This document shows, in pieces, positions 53,937 to 54,797 of a stretch of 54,797 nt of DNA. Source of the stretch: a virus. Lineage: Duplodnaviria > Caudoviricetes. The notes beneath the pieces are model-generated. The model did not search any database, was not told where the DNA came from, and saw only the letters and a list, made by a program, of their open reading frames with translations. Where the stretch lies: positions 1 to 54,797 of the IMG/VR virus record IMGVR_UViG_3300046791_000336. The stretch is one strand, 5' to 3'. The position numbers and the translations under genes were made by a program. The number at the start of each line of letters is the position of its first letter. Positions within the stretch are counted from its first letter, which is position 1.

Positions 53937-54266
53937 ATGCCGTTCCCGAACCCCAATGGGAGACCTCCAGTCGGACGTTCACTAGCCGATGCTCTCCGTC
54001 GGAGATTCCCGCCTGAGAGGGTGGTTGACATCGCAGAGCGTCTCATCGAATCCGACGACGATAGGGTTCGCATGGCTGCTATGCAGTTCATCGCAGACCG
54101 TGGCTACGGCAAGGTGCGAGAGGTTCCAGACGGTCAGATAGCCGATCGGGATGACGTGATTGACGTGTCACAGATTCCACTGGACGAGCGTCGTCAAATG
54201 CTGGTGGCCATTACGCGCATGTCTGCGCTATCTGCCGCTCCGGTTGGCGATGGCACTGAGCATTGA
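53937..54266 (+). CDS. terS: Terminase small subunit
   Basis: NPNGRP N-terminus, AAMQFIADRGYGK; overlaps terL start. Confidence 0.75.
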   Translation: MPFPNPNGRPPVGRSLADALRRRFPPERVVDIAERLIESDDDRVRMAAMQFIADRGYGKVREVPDGQIADRDDVIDVSQIPLDERRQMLVAITRMSALSAAPVGDGTEH

Positions 54267-54797
54267 GTTTCAGCGCTCTCGTATAGGGCTGTACCGCAGG
54301 GCGCTCGAGCTATCGGTTGGCGGCGAGTCGCTGGCTGGGTTCTTCGACTGCGCCTGGCGGGTGGTCAATCCAACTACCGAGCTCCAAGGCGGGCCGCATA
54401 TCGAGGCGATGTGTCAGCACGTCCAGTGGCAACTCGAGGACAGGGACCGTGCCATTCGTGACCCCTCGTACGTTATGCGTGCACAGAACCTGCTGATCAA
54501 CATCCCACCTCGCTGCCTAAAGACCACCGTGCTGGTCATAGCCACCGTGTGGTGTTGGCTCAGGTGGCCGAGCATGAAAATCCTGTATCTGTCGACCAAC
54601 CCGCGCGTTGCGCACGACAGCGCACGCACGGCCAGGGACCTCATACAGAGCCCGTGGTTTCAGTCGACCTTCCAGCCGACCTGGTCAATCCGTGACGACC
54701 AGGAGGCGCTCCTATCGTTTGGCAACACGGCAGGAGGATCGCGCGCGAGTCGAGGCTTGAAATCCAACATCACCGGTGAGGGCGCCGATTGGATTTG
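54250..54797 (+). CDS. terL: Terminase large subunit, N-terminal ATPase (runs off window end)
   Basis: Open to the end: HIEAMC, LLINIPPRCLKT (Walker A), ITGEGADWI (start of Walker B). Confidence 0.92.
   Translation, partial: MALSIEFQRSRIGLYRRALELSVGGESLAGFFDCAWRVVNPTTELQGGPHIEAMCQHVQWQLEDRDRAIRDPSYVMRAQNLLINIPPRCLKTTVLVIATVWCWLRWPSMKILYLSTNPRVAHDSARTARDLIQSPWFQSTFQPTWSIRDDQEALLSFGNTAGGSRASRGLKSNITGEGADWI

Noticed and set aside
1-54797. tRNA/tmRNA, introns, diversity-generating retroelement, phage RNA polymerase or sigma factor
   Set aside because: No cloverleaf, reverse transcriptase, intron-split gene or sigma motifs recognised by eye; tRNAscan, Infernal and HMM searches are needed to exclude them formally.

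Overview
The window looks like an essentially complete, circularly permuted genome of a temperate siphophage (about 54.8 kb, GC-rich). It is cut inside the terminase large subunit gene, and the two ends join at the Walker B motif if about 2 nt are missing. Rightward late arm: terL, DUF1073-type portal, collagen-like fibre, MuF minor head protein fused to a P-loop kinase domain, methyltransferase, deacetylase-like protein, GT4 glycosyltransferase (minus strand), DUF2213-type protease/scaffold, decoration protein, DUF2184-type capsid, neck, tail tube, frameshifted tail chaperones, tape measure, fibres/tailspike, GTA-like tail tip, lipoprotein cluster, holin/spanins, phosphoesterase, CHAP-like endolysin. 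Leftward early arm: Mom-like GNAT, DUF669-like SSB, Sak4-like ATPase, Cas4-like nuclease, large serine integrase. Then come a cI/cro switch and a rightward replication arm (dUTPase, DNA MTase, HNH, SF2 helicase with an internal stop, initiator, loader, resolvase-like nuclease, terS). Most notable: (1) a putative virion glycosylation/modification cassette inside the head operon, next to a Thr-rich collagen fibre; (2) a strictly spaced late promoter, AATCGACC-N17-(G/C)AnnnT-N6-(A/G)TG, at eight sites, implying leaderless late mRNAs and revealing a nested scaffold gene and late co-regulation of the glycosyltransferase; (3) a late, signal-peptide-bearing fibre-like protein and a cluster of Cys-containing lipoproteins; (4) a clear operator/promoter architecture at the switch. 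A myxobacterial or other diderm host is only inferred, from Cys-rich lipoproteins, spanins and GC content. All family assignments come from motif recognition, not database searches.
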